The position numbers were made by a program, and so were the translations under genes. Positions 29,124 through 38,124 of a stretch of 64,000 bases of DNA are shown piece by piece. The stretch comes from an uncultured delta proteobacterium (GTDB taxonomy: Bacteria > Desulfobacterota > Binatia > UBA9968). Below the pieces are notes generated by a model. The model had not been told where the DNA came from, did no database searches, and worked only from the letters and a program-made list of their open reading frames with translations. How positions within the stretch are numbered: the first letter of the stretch is position 1; every line of letters begins with the position of its first letter. The stretch spans positions 1 to 64,000 of the forward strand of contig CAWJBB010000053.1 in NCBI GenBank assembly GCA_963840855.1, written 5' to 3'.

Positions 29124-30335
29124 TCACCAATCCCGATGCGCTTCCCTGCCGCTGGTCTCGACGCGGACGATTTCCGCCTTGAACGGTTTTCCGAGCAGCG
29201 TGTCGATGAGCCAGTTGATCACCAGCGGACGCGCCCGCGGGCTGCGGATCGAATGTCTCTCGCCTTCGAAGACGTAGAGCAGTTTTGGCGCCGGTATCTC
29301 GCCCATTAGTTCGTAGACAAACTTCATATCGCAGTGCTCATCGTCTTCGCCGGCGACGACCATGTAGGGGCAAGTTATTCTGGAGGTGACCCCTTTCAGC
29401 GTGAGCGTCTTGGCGAATTCGTCGAAGGCCGCTTCGTCCTCATAGCCCGACATGTACATGTAATTGAGTTTGAACGTCGGCGACGACATGTTGAAGATTG
29501 CGTACTGGCCGGGTTCCATGCAGACACCGCTCACGGCGCAGGCCTTGAAGCGTTTTTCTGCAGCGACCACGCGGGGCGCCCAATAGGACCCCATGCTGGA
29601 ACCCATGACGCCGATGCGCCCGGCGTCGATCTCCGGCCGTTTGACCAAGTAATCGCAGGCGAGCTTGCCCGCGTCGGCGTAATTCGCCGCGTTGCACACA
29701 AGACCGCCCTCGCGGGTCTCTCCCTGGCCGGGGCCGTCGATGGCCAGCACCGCGAAACCCCGTTCGAGAAACGGATCGCCGGCGGCCGGATTGTCTTCCT
29801 TCACGCCGTCCATGCCGGGGATGTACATGATACAGGGAACTTTTTCACCGGTTCTTGTATTCGGTGGCAGGTGCAAAATCGCATGAATTTTTTTGCCGTC
29901 GTAAGGCAGCTCGACGCGCTCGATGGGCCGGCCGGCGTATTGGATAAACTTGTCGTAGCAAGCACGTTTGCGCTCCTGCCAATGGATGCGCTGGGGATTA
30001 CCATCTTCGTAGATCGCCCACATAGCGTTGGTGTAGAAACAGGACGCGATATAGTAATGCTCGCGGGCTTCGGGCCAATGGCCGGCACTCTCCTCCGCAC
30101 GCGCCTGTTCTTCACGGCGCGCCGCGGCGCGGGAGAATTCGCGCGTGATATCGACGAATTTCTGGATTCTCCGGCAAATTTCCTGAAGATCGCTTTGGAC
30201 GCCGGGGCCGCAGTTGCGCAGTATCTTTCCCGTTCTTCCCTGGTCCCAATCGATGCCGCGGGTTTGAATCACTTGATCCAATATCCAGCGCTGCTCGCGC
30301 CAGCGCCTCACTTTTCGTTCTGTTTCGATTCGCAT
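29124..30335 (-). CDS. Alpha/beta hydrolase (2,6-dihydropseudooxynicotine hydrolase/FrsA-like)
   Basis: IPGMDGVKE, IDGPGQGE, GSSMGSY nucleophile elbow, GEDDEH, GERH. Confidence 0.8.
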   Translation of the reverse strand: MRIETERKVRRWREQRWILDQVIQTRGIDWDQGRTGKILRNCGPGVQSDLQEICRRIQKFVDITREFSRAAARREEQARAEESAGHWPEAREHYYIASCFYTNAMWAIYEDGNPQRIHWQERKRACYDKFIQYAGRPIERVELPYDGKKIHAILHLPPNTRTGEKVPCIMYIPGMDGVKEDNPAAGDPFLERGFAVLAIDGPGQGETREGGLVCNAANYADAGKLACDYLVKRPEIDAGRIGVMGSSMGSYWAPRVVAAEKRFKACAVSGVCMEPGQYAIFNMSSPTFKLNYMYMSGYEDEAAFDEFAKTLTLKGVTSRITCPYMVVAGEDDEHCDMKFVYELMGEIPAPKLLYVFEGERHSIRSPRARPLVINWLIDTLLGKPFKAEIVRVETSGREAHRDW

Positions 30336-30369
30336 GAGACCTCCGTGGGTCGAGCCATACGGGTTGACG

Positions 30370-30460
30370 GTTCAAAGTTCAAGTTCAAGGTTCAAGGTTT
30401 CGCGTTCAAGGTTGAGGTTGGGACTCGCGGACGTTGAACTTTGAACGTTGAACCTTGAAC
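30370..30460. repeat. GTTCAA(G) tandem-unit palindrome
   Basis: Five GTTCAA units (30370-30410) facing four TTGAAC units (30434-30460). Confidence 0.8.
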
Positions 30461-30610
30461 GAAATCGTGGCGACGACTCTAGTCAAAAACCGCGGCGATG
30501 GCAAATTCCGCACCGAACGGCAGAGCAATCGCCGCTGGTTGATTCTCCATAATTTTTATGATTAAAAACAATCGTAGCCTATCTTGCTGGGATCATTACG
30601 GAAATTCACG

Positions 30611-30997
30611 ATGTTGTTTGATTTCGCTAATGTATTTGTGTTTACCGCGCTGGGACTCGGCTTCGTCGGCGTCAACCTGCTGATCGGCAAATTGTTGCGC
30701 CCGTCGAATCCGCAGATCCGAAAATTATCGACCTATGAATGCGGCGAGCCTTCCACCGGCAGCGCGTGGGTCAATTTCAATATCCGTTTTTATCTCGTCG
30801 CTCTGGTTTTCATCATCTTCGAGGTTGAAATCGCCTTTCTTTTCCCGGTGGCCGTCGTCTTTCGCGGCCTAGTGGAAAGTGGGGACGGGTTATTGGCATT
30901 CGTGAAGGCATTTATCTTCGTCGGCACGCTGTTTCTTGGTCTGATCTATGCGTGGGTTAAAGGCGACTTGGAGTGGGTGAAAAAGGTCAAGATATGA
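30611..30997 (+). CDS. nuoA: NADH-quinone oxidoreductase subunit A
   Basis: [35 protein letters not shown]. Confidence 0.95.
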   Translation: MLFDFANVFVFTALGLGFVGVNLLIGKLLRPSNPQIRKLSTYECGEPSTGSAWVNFNIRFYLVALVFIIFEVEIAFLFPVAVVFRGLVESGDGLLAFVKAFIFVGTLFLGLIYAWVKGDLEWVKKVKI

Positions 30998-31022
30998 TCT
31001 AGTGAGGGTCTTAGAAATTCCC

Positions 31023-31535
31023 ATGAAACCATTGATAAACTCTCTGCCAGAAACTGTTTTTACGACCAAGGTTGACGACTTGCTCAATTGGGGCAGGGCG
31101 TCGTCGCAATGGTATATGCTGTTTGGTTTGGCTTGCTGCGCCATCGAACTGATGCAGACCGGCGGACCGCGCGCCGATCTGGATCGCTTCGGCGCCGTAC
31201 CGCGCGCCACGCCGCGCCAGTCCGATCTCATGATCGTCGCCGGTACTTTGACCTATAAAATGGCCAAGCGCACCAAGCTGCTTTACGATCAAATGCCGGA
31301 CCCCAAATATGTGATCTCGATGGGCAGTTGCGCGAATTGCGGCGGCCTGTTTCAACTGGCCTACTCGGTCTGTAAGGGCGTCGATAAAATTGTTCCCGTG
31401 GACGTTTATGTTCCGGGGTGCCCGCCGCGGCCTGAAGCGCTCACCGAGGGGCTGCTCAGAATCCAAGATCTCATGATGCGCGAACGCTGGTTGGTGAAAC
31501 CTTCCCGTCCGGCGACTGAAACGGCTGAAGCATAA
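31023..31535 (+). CDS. nuoB: NADH-quinone oxidoreductase subunit B
   Basis: [39 protein letters not shown]. Confidence 0.96.
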   Translation: MKPLINSLPETVFTTKVDDLLNWGRASSQWYMLFGLACCAIELMQTGGPRADLDRFGAVPRATPRQSDLMIVAGTLTYKMAKRTKLLYDQMPDPKYVISMGSCANCGGLFQLAYSVCKGVDKIVPVDVYVPGCPPRPEALTEGLLRIQDLMMRERWLVKPSRPATETAEA

Positions 31536-31538
31536 GGG

Positions 31539-32045
31539 ATGGACGCTCAACAGATTTTCGCGCGCCTCGAACAACAGTTTCCCGGCAAGGTCCACGATTT
31601 CAAGGGGGATGTTGCTGAGCCCTATTTGAAAGCGGATCGGACGGCCATCGTCGATGTCTGCCGGTTTCTGCGCGACGATAAGGATCTGAAATTCGAAGTT
31701 TTATCGGATCTGACCGCGCTGGATTGGCCCAAAGAGGAAATAATCCAGGTTGTTTACCACCTATTTACGTATACTCATCGACAGCAGATCGTGCTCAAAG
31801 TGGACTTGCCGCGGGACAATCCCACGATCGCCACGGTTGAAGGCATATGGAAAGTGGCAAACTGGTTTGAACGCGAAGTTTACGATCTTTTCGGCGTGAT
31901 CTTCGAGGGCCATAGCGATCTTCGACGAATTATGTTGCCCGAAGACTGGGTCGGATATCCGCTGCGCAAAGACTATGTCGAGCAGGAAGAATACGACGGC
32001 ATCAGCACGCAGCGCGCGCCGCTGGTTGAGAAGCTGCTTCGCTAA
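31539..32045 (+). CDS. nuoC: NADH-quinone oxidoreductase subunit C
   Basis: ANWFEREVYDLFGVIFEGHSDLRRIMLPEDWVGYPLRKDY. Confidence 0.95.
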   Translation: MDAQQIFARLEQQFPGKVHDFKGDVAEPYLKADRTAIVDVCRFLRDDKDLKFEVLSDLTALDWPKEEIIQVVYHLFTYTHRQQIVLKVDLPRDNPTIATVEGIWKVANWFEREVYDLFGVIFEGHSDLRRIMLPEDWVGYPLRKDYVEQEEYDGISTQRAPLVEKLLR

Positions 32046-32057
32046 TCCCTTAAAGCT

Positions 32058-33200
32058 ATGAACGAGACCATACAAGAACAGGGCCCGGGTTTTTTCGCCG
32101 AGGAAATGACCATAAGCGTGGGGCCGCAGCACCCGAGCACCCACGGGGTGCTGCGCTTCGTCGTCAAAACCGACGGCGAAGTGATCAGCGAGGCGATCCC
32201 GGACGTCGGCTATCTGCATCGTTCCATCGAAAAAATCGGCGAAAAGGTCACTTGGCACGGCTATGTGCCCTACACCGACCGCGCCGATTACCTGGCGGCG
32301 ATGTTTGCCAATCAGGCGTTTTGCCTTGCCGCTGAAAAACTGGCGGGAACGGAGGTCACGCGCCGGGGGGAGTTTTGCCGGGTGATCGCTTGCGAGCTGA
32401 ACCGTATCGCGAGCCATTTGATTTCGGTAGGCACCTTTGGCCAAGACATTGGCGCCATGACGCCGTTCGTGCATGCGCTGCGCGAACGCGAGACCATTAA
32501 TAATCTTATGGAAGAGATTTGCGGCGCCCGGCTGACCTACAATTATATTCGCATCGGCGGCGTGGGTTACGATATCGTACCGGGAACCTGTTCGCGCATC
32601 GTTGAATTTCTCGATCACTTCGAACCTATCGTCGATGAGTTCAATCGGCTACTGTCCGGCAACAAGATTTTTATCGAGCGGCTCGCCGGCGTCGCGGTGG
32701 TGAGCAAGGAAGACGCGCTTTCCTACAATTTAGTAGGTCCCAACCTGCGCGGCTCCGGAATCAAGTGGGACATCCGGCGCGACATTCCCTATTCAATATA
32801 TCCGGAATTGGATTTCGAAGTTCCAGTGGGCACGGCGCAGGTGGGCGTGCTCGGCGATAGTTTCGACCGGTACTGGGTGCGCATCTGTGAGTTGCAGGAG
32901 AGCTGTAAGATCCTGCGCCAATGTCTGAAAATGATGCCCAAGGGGCCGGCCATCGCCAAAGTGCCGCGCAAGTTTAGACCGCCGGTGGGCGAACGCTATG
33001 CCAGGGTGGAGGCGCCGCGCGGCGATATGGGCTTCTATGTGGTCAGCGACGGCAGTGAATATCCGTACCGGGTGCGCATTCGCACCGGTTCGTTTGCCGC
33101 TATGGCCATCATCGACAAACTCAGCAAAGGCATTATGGTCGCCGATCTGATCGCGCTCATCGGCAGTCTCGACGTCGATGCGCCGGAGATCGACCGCTAG
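32058..33200 (+). CDS. nuoD: NADH-quinone oxidoreductase subunit D
   Basis: GPQHPSTHGVLR, GYLHRSIEK, DRADY, ELNRIASHL, EAPRG, PEIDR C-terminus; no [NiFe] CxxC motifs. Confidence 0.95.
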   Translation: MNETIQEQGPGFFAEEMTISVGPQHPSTHGVLRFVVKTDGEVISEAIPDVGYLHRSIEKIGEKVTWHGYVPYTDRADYLAAMFANQAFCLAAEKLAGTEVTRRGEFCRVIACELNRIASHLISVGTFGQDIGAMTPFVHALRERETINNLMEEICGARLTYNYIRIGGVGYDIVPGTCSRIVEFLDHFEPIVDEFNRLLSGNKIFIERLAGVAVVSKEDALSYNLVGPNLRGSGIKWDIRRDIPYSIYPELDFEVPVGTAQVGVLGDSFDRYWVRICELQESCKILRQCLKMMPKGPAIAKVPRKFRPPVGERYARVEAPRGDMGFYVVSDGSEYPYRVRIRTGSFAAMAIIDKLSKGIMVADLIALIGSLDVDAPEIDR

Positions 33201-33211
33201 TCATTGAAGGG

Positions 33212-33236
33212 GTTCAAAAGTTCAAGGTTCAAGGTT
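33212..33236 (+). repeat. GTTCAA tandem array (single arm) at the nuoD-nuoH junction
   Basis: GTTCAAAA GTTCAAG GTTCAAG GTT. Confidence 0.65.
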
Positions 33237-33271
33237 AGAGTTAGGGATAGTGCTTACGCGGTTCATCACAC

Positions 33272-34468
33272 ATGCAAGCGTATATTGACCAGTTGATCGA
33301 ACAAGGTTACTTCACCGGCGCGCCCAAAGAAGTCGTTTACGCGGCTGCCATGGTGCTGATCGCTCTCGTCGTGCTCTCGGTGTTCGTGGCCCCCTTGGCC
33401 GGGGTTACCAGTTGGCTCGAACGGCGGGTCTGGGCCAGGATGCAGTCCCGCGTCGGGCCAAATCGCGTCGGGCCGCAAGGCATTCTCCAGTGGATCGCCG
33501 ACGGCATCAAGAATTTATTGAAAGAAGATTTGATTCCCTCGGCGGCGGACGCCAAACTTTTCTCGCTGGCTCCCTACGTCGTGTTCATGGGCTTTCTTTG
33601 CACGTTCGTGGTGATTCCTTTCGGCAGCCAGCTCATCGTCGCCGATCTTAACATCGGCATACTTTATATTCTCGCGGTCACCTCGCTCGTAGTGGTCGGC
33701 ATTCTCATGGCCGGTTGGTCGTCGAACAACAAATGGTCGTTGCTCGGCGGCATGCGTTCCGCGGCGCAAATCGTGAGCTATGAGATTCCCGCGGGAGTTG
33801 CCATCCTGACCATTGTTTTTCTCGCCGGCACCCTGAGCATGCAAGGTATCATCGAGGCTCAAGGTTGGGCGCCCTGGGACTGGTTCTTGTTCAACAATCC
33901 ATTTACCTTCGCGGCATTTTTTCTCTACTTTACGGCGGCGTTGGCCGAGGGCAACCGCACGCCCTTCGACATTCCTGAAGCCGAATCGGAACTGGTCGCT
34001 GGCTACGTCACCGAGTACAGCGGCATGCGATTTTTGTTTTTCTTCTTCGCGGAGTGGGGCAATTTGTACGTGATCGGCGCCGTGGCAACGACGCTTTTTC
34101 TTGGCGGTTGGCAGGTTGCGCCGCTGGCGCTATTTGAGAATAACCCGGTTCTGTTGAACGTCGCGCAATTCATCACGTTTTTTCTCAAAGCGTATTTCTG
34201 GGTTTTCGTCGCGATGTGGGTCAGGGCGACGTTGCCGCGCGTGCGCGTCGACCAGCTCATGGCGCTTTGTTGGAAATACATGGTGCCGCTGTCGTTCCTC
34301 TGCCTCATGGGAACCATTGGCTTTATGTTCATGCCGAAGGACATCCAGCGCATCGTCAGCGCGGCGATGTTCGGGCTCGGGGTCGCGCTGGTGATCATTT
34401 TCTTTATGCGGGTCGTCTTTCAAATTCGCCACGCCAAGCCGGAGCTTTATTTCAAGCCGCACATTTAA
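33272..34468 (+). CDS. nuoH: NADH-quinone oxidoreductase subunit H
   Basis: ERRVWARMQSRVGPNRVGP, ADGIK, NRTPFDIPEAESELVAGY, RATLPRVRVDQL. Confidence 0.96.
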   Translation: MQAYIDQLIEQGYFTGAPKEVVYAAAMVLIALVVLSVFVAPLAGVTSWLERRVWARMQSRVGPNRVGPQGILQWIADGIKNLLKEDLIPSAADAKLFSLAPYVVFMGFLCTFVVIPFGSQLIVADLNIGILYILAVTSLVVVGILMAGWSSNNKWSLLGGMRSAAQIVSYEIPAGVAILTIVFLAGTLSMQGIIEAQGWAPWDWFLFNNPFTFAAFFLYFTAALAEGNRTPFDIPEAESELVAGYVTEYSGMRFLFFFFAEWGNLYVIGAVATTLFLGGWQVAPLALFENNPVLLNVAQFITFFLKAYFWVFVAMWVRATLPRVRVDQLMALCWKYMVPLSFLCLMGTIGFMFMPKDIQRIVSAAMFGLGVALVIIFFMRVVFQIRHAKPELYFKPHI

Positions 34469-34481
34469 TAACTGAGGATTT

Positions 34482-35039
34482 ATGACCGTTACCAGTTACG
34501 TAAGAGATATTACCGACACGGTGAAATCGGTTTTCGAGGGAATGTCGATCACGTTTTCCCACCTGGCGCGCCGTCCGATGACGATTCAGTATCCGGATAA
34601 GATCCCGGTGCCGATTCAGGAGACGCTGCCACTGCGCTACCGCGGCATTCTCGAAGTCGATATGGATATCTGTACCGGCTGCCTGGCTTGTGAAAGAGAT
34701 TGTCCGATCACCTGCATCACCATCGGCATCGAGATGGACAAAGAAACCAAGCAGCGCCAGTTTACCCATTTCGACATTGACGTCTGTAAATGCATGTATT
34801 GCGGCTTGTGCTCGGAGGCCTGCCCGACGGGCGCGATCCGCCATTCGCAGGAGTTTGAAGGCGCAAGCTACAACCCGGCGGGTTTGGTACGCCACTTCGT
34901 GCCGCAACCCCAGCCCTTGTATAAACCGAAAAAGGGCGGGGAAACAGAGCCGAAATTAGTCGCAAAGGTGGACATTGGGCTAAAATATCTGGATGAATTC
35001 GCCACGCCGGATGGCGGAGGTGGCGCGGAGGAGAAGTAA
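34482..35039 (+). CDS. nuoI: NADH-quinone oxidoreductase subunit I
   Basis: Two CxxCxxCxxxCP 4Fe-4S motifs; TIQYP..RYRG. Confidence 0.93.
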   Translation: MTVTSYVRDITDTVKSVFEGMSITFSHLARRPMTIQYPDKIPVPIQETLPLRYRGILEVDMDICTGCLACERDCPITCITIGIEMDKETKQRQFTHFDIDVCKCMYCGLCSEACPTGAIRHSQEFEGASYNPAGLVRHFVPQPQPLYKPKKGGETEPKLVAKVDIGLKYLDEFATPDGGGGAEEK

Positions 35040-35066
35040 GCGGCGCAAAAAAGGGCGTTCTTCCCC

Positions 35067-35095
35067 TTGATCCAGAACGATTCTTCCGGTAAATG
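35067..35095 (+). promoter_or_regulatory. Possible internal sigma70 promoter before nuoJ
   Basis: TTGATC-N17-TAAATG in the 109-bp nuoI-nuoJ gap. Confidence 0.4.
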
Positions 35096-35148
35096 AGCCG
35101 GAAGCCCTTCAACACTTTCGGGTTTCCACGACAGATTTCTAAGGTAGC

Positions 35149-35649
35149 ATGGAAATATCTACGGTCGTTTTTTATCTGGTTGCGGTAATCACGGTGGGTT
35201 CCGCCGTGGTGGTCGCCGTTTCCCACAATATTATTTACTCGGCGTTTTCCCTGCTCGGGACCTTCATGGGGGCAGCGGGGATCTACATTTTTCTTGGCGC
35301 CGACTTTGTCGCGGCGGTGCAAGTTCTGATTTACGTCGGCGGTATTCTCGTCCTGATACTCTTCGCCGTGATGCTGACTCATCGCATCACCGATGTTGAA
35401 ATTACCAACCGCGCCGCCGGACGGATTCCCGCGCTGATAATCGTCGGCGTGTTTTTCGCCTTGCTTGTGCAGACGGTCAGGGAAACGTCGTGGGTCAAGG
35501 TCAAGGAGGTCGCCTACCAGCCCACCACCGCGAAGATCGGCGATTTGTTCCTGGAGCAATATCTGCTGCCGTTTGAGCTTGCCTCCCTGGTGCTTCTGGC
35601 GGCCATGATCGGCGCCGTCGTATTGTCCCGCAAGGAGATCAAAGAGTAG
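35149..35649 (+). CDS. nuoJ: NADH-quinone oxidoreductase subunit J
   Basis: ADFVAAVQVLIYVGGILVLILFAVML, LPFELASLVLLAAMIGA. Confidence 0.95.
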   Translation: MEISTVVFYLVAVITVGSAVVVAVSHNIIYSAFSLLGTFMGAAGIYIFLGADFVAAVQVLIYVGGILVLILFAVMLTHRITDVEITNRAAGRIPALIIVGVFFALLVQTVRETSWVKVKEVAYQPTTAKIGDLFLEQYLLPFELASLVLLAAMIGAVVLSRKEIKE

Positions 35650-35651
35650 CC

Positions 35652-35975
35652 ATGATCGCCGGCTTTTCGCCCCACGAGCTGTCGTCCTATCTCGTCATCG
35701 GCGCCATTCTTTTTTGTCTGGGGCTGTTTACGGTTTTGACGCGGCGCAACGCCATCAGCGTGCTCATGGGCGTGGAGTTGATACTTAACAGCGCCAATAT
35801 TAACTATGTCGCGTTCTCTCACTTCGGTAGCGGGAATCTGGACGGGCAGTTGTACGCCATATTCGTGATCATGCTCGCCGCCGCCGAAGCGGCGGTCGGC
35901 TTGGCCATCGTTCTCGCCATTTTCCAGATCTTCCATACCATCGACGTCGAGGCCGCGGAGACGCTGAAGGAGTAG
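35652..35975 (+). CDS. nuoK: NADH-quinone oxidoreductase subunit K
   Basis: RRNAISVLMGVELILNSAN, AAAEAAVGLAI. Confidence 0.95.
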   Translation: MIAGFSPHELSSYLVIGAILFCLGLFTVLTRRNAISVLMGVELILNSANINYVAFSHFGSGNLDGQLYAIFVIMLAAAEAAVGLAIVLAIFQIFHTIDVEAAETLKE

Positions 35976-35978
35976 CAA

Positions 35979-36063
35979 CGTGTTCGTGATGCGTGTTCGT
36001 GCTCGGATATTCCGGATGCTTCGTTCGATTTCTACGAGCACGAGCCACGAGCACGAGCCACGA
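35979..36063. repeat. CTCGTG/CACGAG tandem-unit palindrome between nuoK and nuoL
   Basis: CGTGTTCGTGATGCGTGTTCGTGCTCG ... ACGAGCACGAGCCACGAGCACGAGCCACGA. Confidence 0.7.
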
Positions 36064-36069
36064 TGAATT

Positions 36070-38103
36070 ATGGATAATCCGATACAGACTGACTACCTGC
36101 GCTGGATCGTCTTCCTGCCGTTGATCGGCGCGATCATCAACGGCCTGTTGGGCGCGAAGATTCAAAAAGCATGGGGCGAGGGCGCCATCAGCTTCCTGGC
36201 TTGCGCGCCCGTGGTTTTCGCTTTCGGCTTGGCCTTGAACGCCTTTTTCACGCTGACAGGGTTAGAGCCGGAAAAGCGCTTCCTGATCGACAACCTCTTT
36301 CCCTGGATCCATCTCGGCACGCTGAACGTCGACATGGCTTTCCTGGTCGATCCGCTTTCGGCCGTGATGATCCTGGTCGTCACCGGCATCGGCGGCCTGA
36401 TTCACATCTACGCTACCGGCTACATGCACGAAGACAAAGCTTTTTGGCGCTTCTTTGCCTTTCTCAATCTGTTCACGGCGGCGATGCTCACGCTGGTGTT
36501 GGGCGACAGCTTGCTGCTGCTATTCGTCGGTTGGGAAGGCGTGGGACTCTGCTCCTACGCCTTGATCGGCTTTTGGTATACCGACCACAACAACGCCCGC
36601 GCCGGCAACAAAGCCTTTATCGTCAACCGCGTCGGCGACTTTGGTTTTGTCCTTGGCATGTTTCTCCTCTTCTGGTCCCTCGACGCGCAAGGCCACGGCA
36701 CGTTGACGATCCGTGAAATGGTGAAATGGGCGCCGACGATCAAAGATACGATGCTGTGGGGCCTGCCGGTTATTACGCTGGCAACTCTTTTTCTCTTTGT
36801 TGGCGCCACCGGCAAGTCAGCGCAGATCCCGCTGTTTGTCTGGCTGCCCGACGCCATGGCCGGGCCGACGCCGGTGAGCGCGCTGATCCACGCGGCGACG
36901 ATGGTCACCGCCGGCGTCTACATGACCGCGCGCATGAACGTCTTTTTCTCGATGGCCCCCGATACTTTGAACGTAATCGCGATCATCGGCGTAGCCACCG
37001 CTCTGGTGGCTGCCACCATCGCGCTGACGCAAAACGACATTAAGAAAGTGCTCGCCTATTCGACCGTGAGCCAGCTTGGCTACATGTTCATCGGCATCGG
37101 CGTCGGCGGCTACGCCGCGGCTATCTTCCATCTGATGACCCATGCTTTCTTCAAAGCTTGCCTGTTCCTCGGCGCCGGCAGCGTTATCCACGCGATGCAC
37201 CATGAACAGGACATGCGCAAAATGGGCGGGCTCAAGCAATATATGCCGGTGACCTATATGACTTTCTTGATCTCGGTCATCGCCATCGCCGGGTTTCCAC
37301 CCTTTGCCGGCTTTTTTTCCAAAGACGAGATCCTCTGGCTGGCTTACTCCGGTCATCACGAAATCATTTGGTTACTGGCGCTGTGCGGCGCGGGGATGAC
37401 GGCTTTCTACATGTTCCGCCAGCTTTTCATGGTGTTCTTCGGCGATTGCCGCGCCGATCATCACACCCGGGAGCACCTCCATGAGTCGCCCAGCGTCATG
37501 ACCCTCCCGCTGGTCGTCCTAGCGGCCGGCGCCGTGGTAGCGGGCTGGATCGGACTCCCTGCCGTCTTCGGCGGCAGCCAATTCGCGCATTGGCTGGAGC
37601 CGGTGATTGCGCATGGCGAGCACCAGGGTTCTCACGCCGTGGAGTTGGGCCTGATGGGAATTTCTATCGCGGTGGCCGCCGCCGGCGTGATTTTCGCCTA
37701 TCTGATGTATTATCGCGCCGCGTTATCGCCGGAACCTTTCGTCAATCTCGCCGGCGGTTTCTTCTACCGTTTGTTCGACCGCAAGTGGTACTTCGATGAA
37801 ATTTACCAGTTTGTTTTCGTCAACGGCACGTTGGTGCTGGCGCGCCTCGGCGCTCTGTTCGATCAATATATTATTGACGGAATCGTCGACGGTTCGGCGT
37901 CCCTCACTCGGTTTACCTCATGGCTCAACGGTCTGTTCGATGACTACATCATTGATGGCATCGTCAACGCGATCGCCAACAGCACGTTCTGGACGGGCAA
38001 CCGGTTTCGCAGAATTCAGACCGGTAATATCAACAGTTACCTCTATGGAATTCTGATTGCGATCGCCCTTGCCGTCATCGTCAAGATACGTTACTGGAGC
38101 TGA
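36070..38103 (+). CDS. nuoL: NADH-quinone oxidoreductase subunit L
   Basis: GWEGVG, NRVGDFG, GKSAQIPLFVWLPDAMAGPTPVSALIHAATMV, THAFFKA. Confidence 0.96.
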   Translation: MDNPIQTDYLRWIVFLPLIGAIINGLLGAKIQKAWGEGAISFLACAPVVFAFGLALNAFFTLTGLEPEKRFLIDNLFPWIHLGTLNVDMAFLVDPLSAVMILVVTGIGGLIHIYATGYMHEDKAFWRFFAFLNLFTAAMLTLVLGDSLLLLFVGWEGVGLCSYALIGFWYTDHNNARAGNKAFIVNRVGDFGFVLGMFLLFWSLDAQGHGTLTIREMVKWAPTIKDTMLWGLPVITLATLFLFVGATGKSAQIPLFVWLPDAMAGPTPVSALIHAATMVTAGVYMTARMNVFFSMAPDTLNVIAIIGVATALVAATIALTQNDIKKVLAYSTVSQLGYMFIGIGVGGYAAAIFHLMTHAFFKACLFLGAGSVIHAMHHEQDMRKMGGLKQYMPVTYMTFLISVIAIAGFPPFAGFFSKDEILWLAYSGHHEIIWLLALCGAGMTAFYMFRQLFMVFFGDCRADHHTREHLHESPSVMTLPLVVLAAGAVVAGWIGLPAVFGGSQFAHWLEPVIAHGEHQGSHAVELGLMGISIAVAAAGVIFAYLMYYRAALSPEPFVNLAGGFFYRLFDRKWYFDEIYQFVFVNGTLVLARLGALFDQYIIDGIVDGSASLTRFTSWLNGLFDDYIIDGIVNAIANSTFWTGNRFRRIQTGNINSYLYGILIAIALAVIVKIRYWS

Positions 38104-38124
38104 TTTTTAGGGAGCAGCTAGAAG

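Noticed and set aside
29334-30437. 367-aa plus-strand ORF
   Set aside because: Antisense shadow of the alpha/beta hydrolase; its end runs into the GTTCAA repeat (SKFKFKVQG).
32058-33200. Group 4 [NiFe]-hydrogenase large subunit (given absent nuoEFG and nearby larC)
   Set aside because: Lacks both Ni-binding CxxC motifs and has the quinone-site His/Tyr and EIDR end typical of NuoD.
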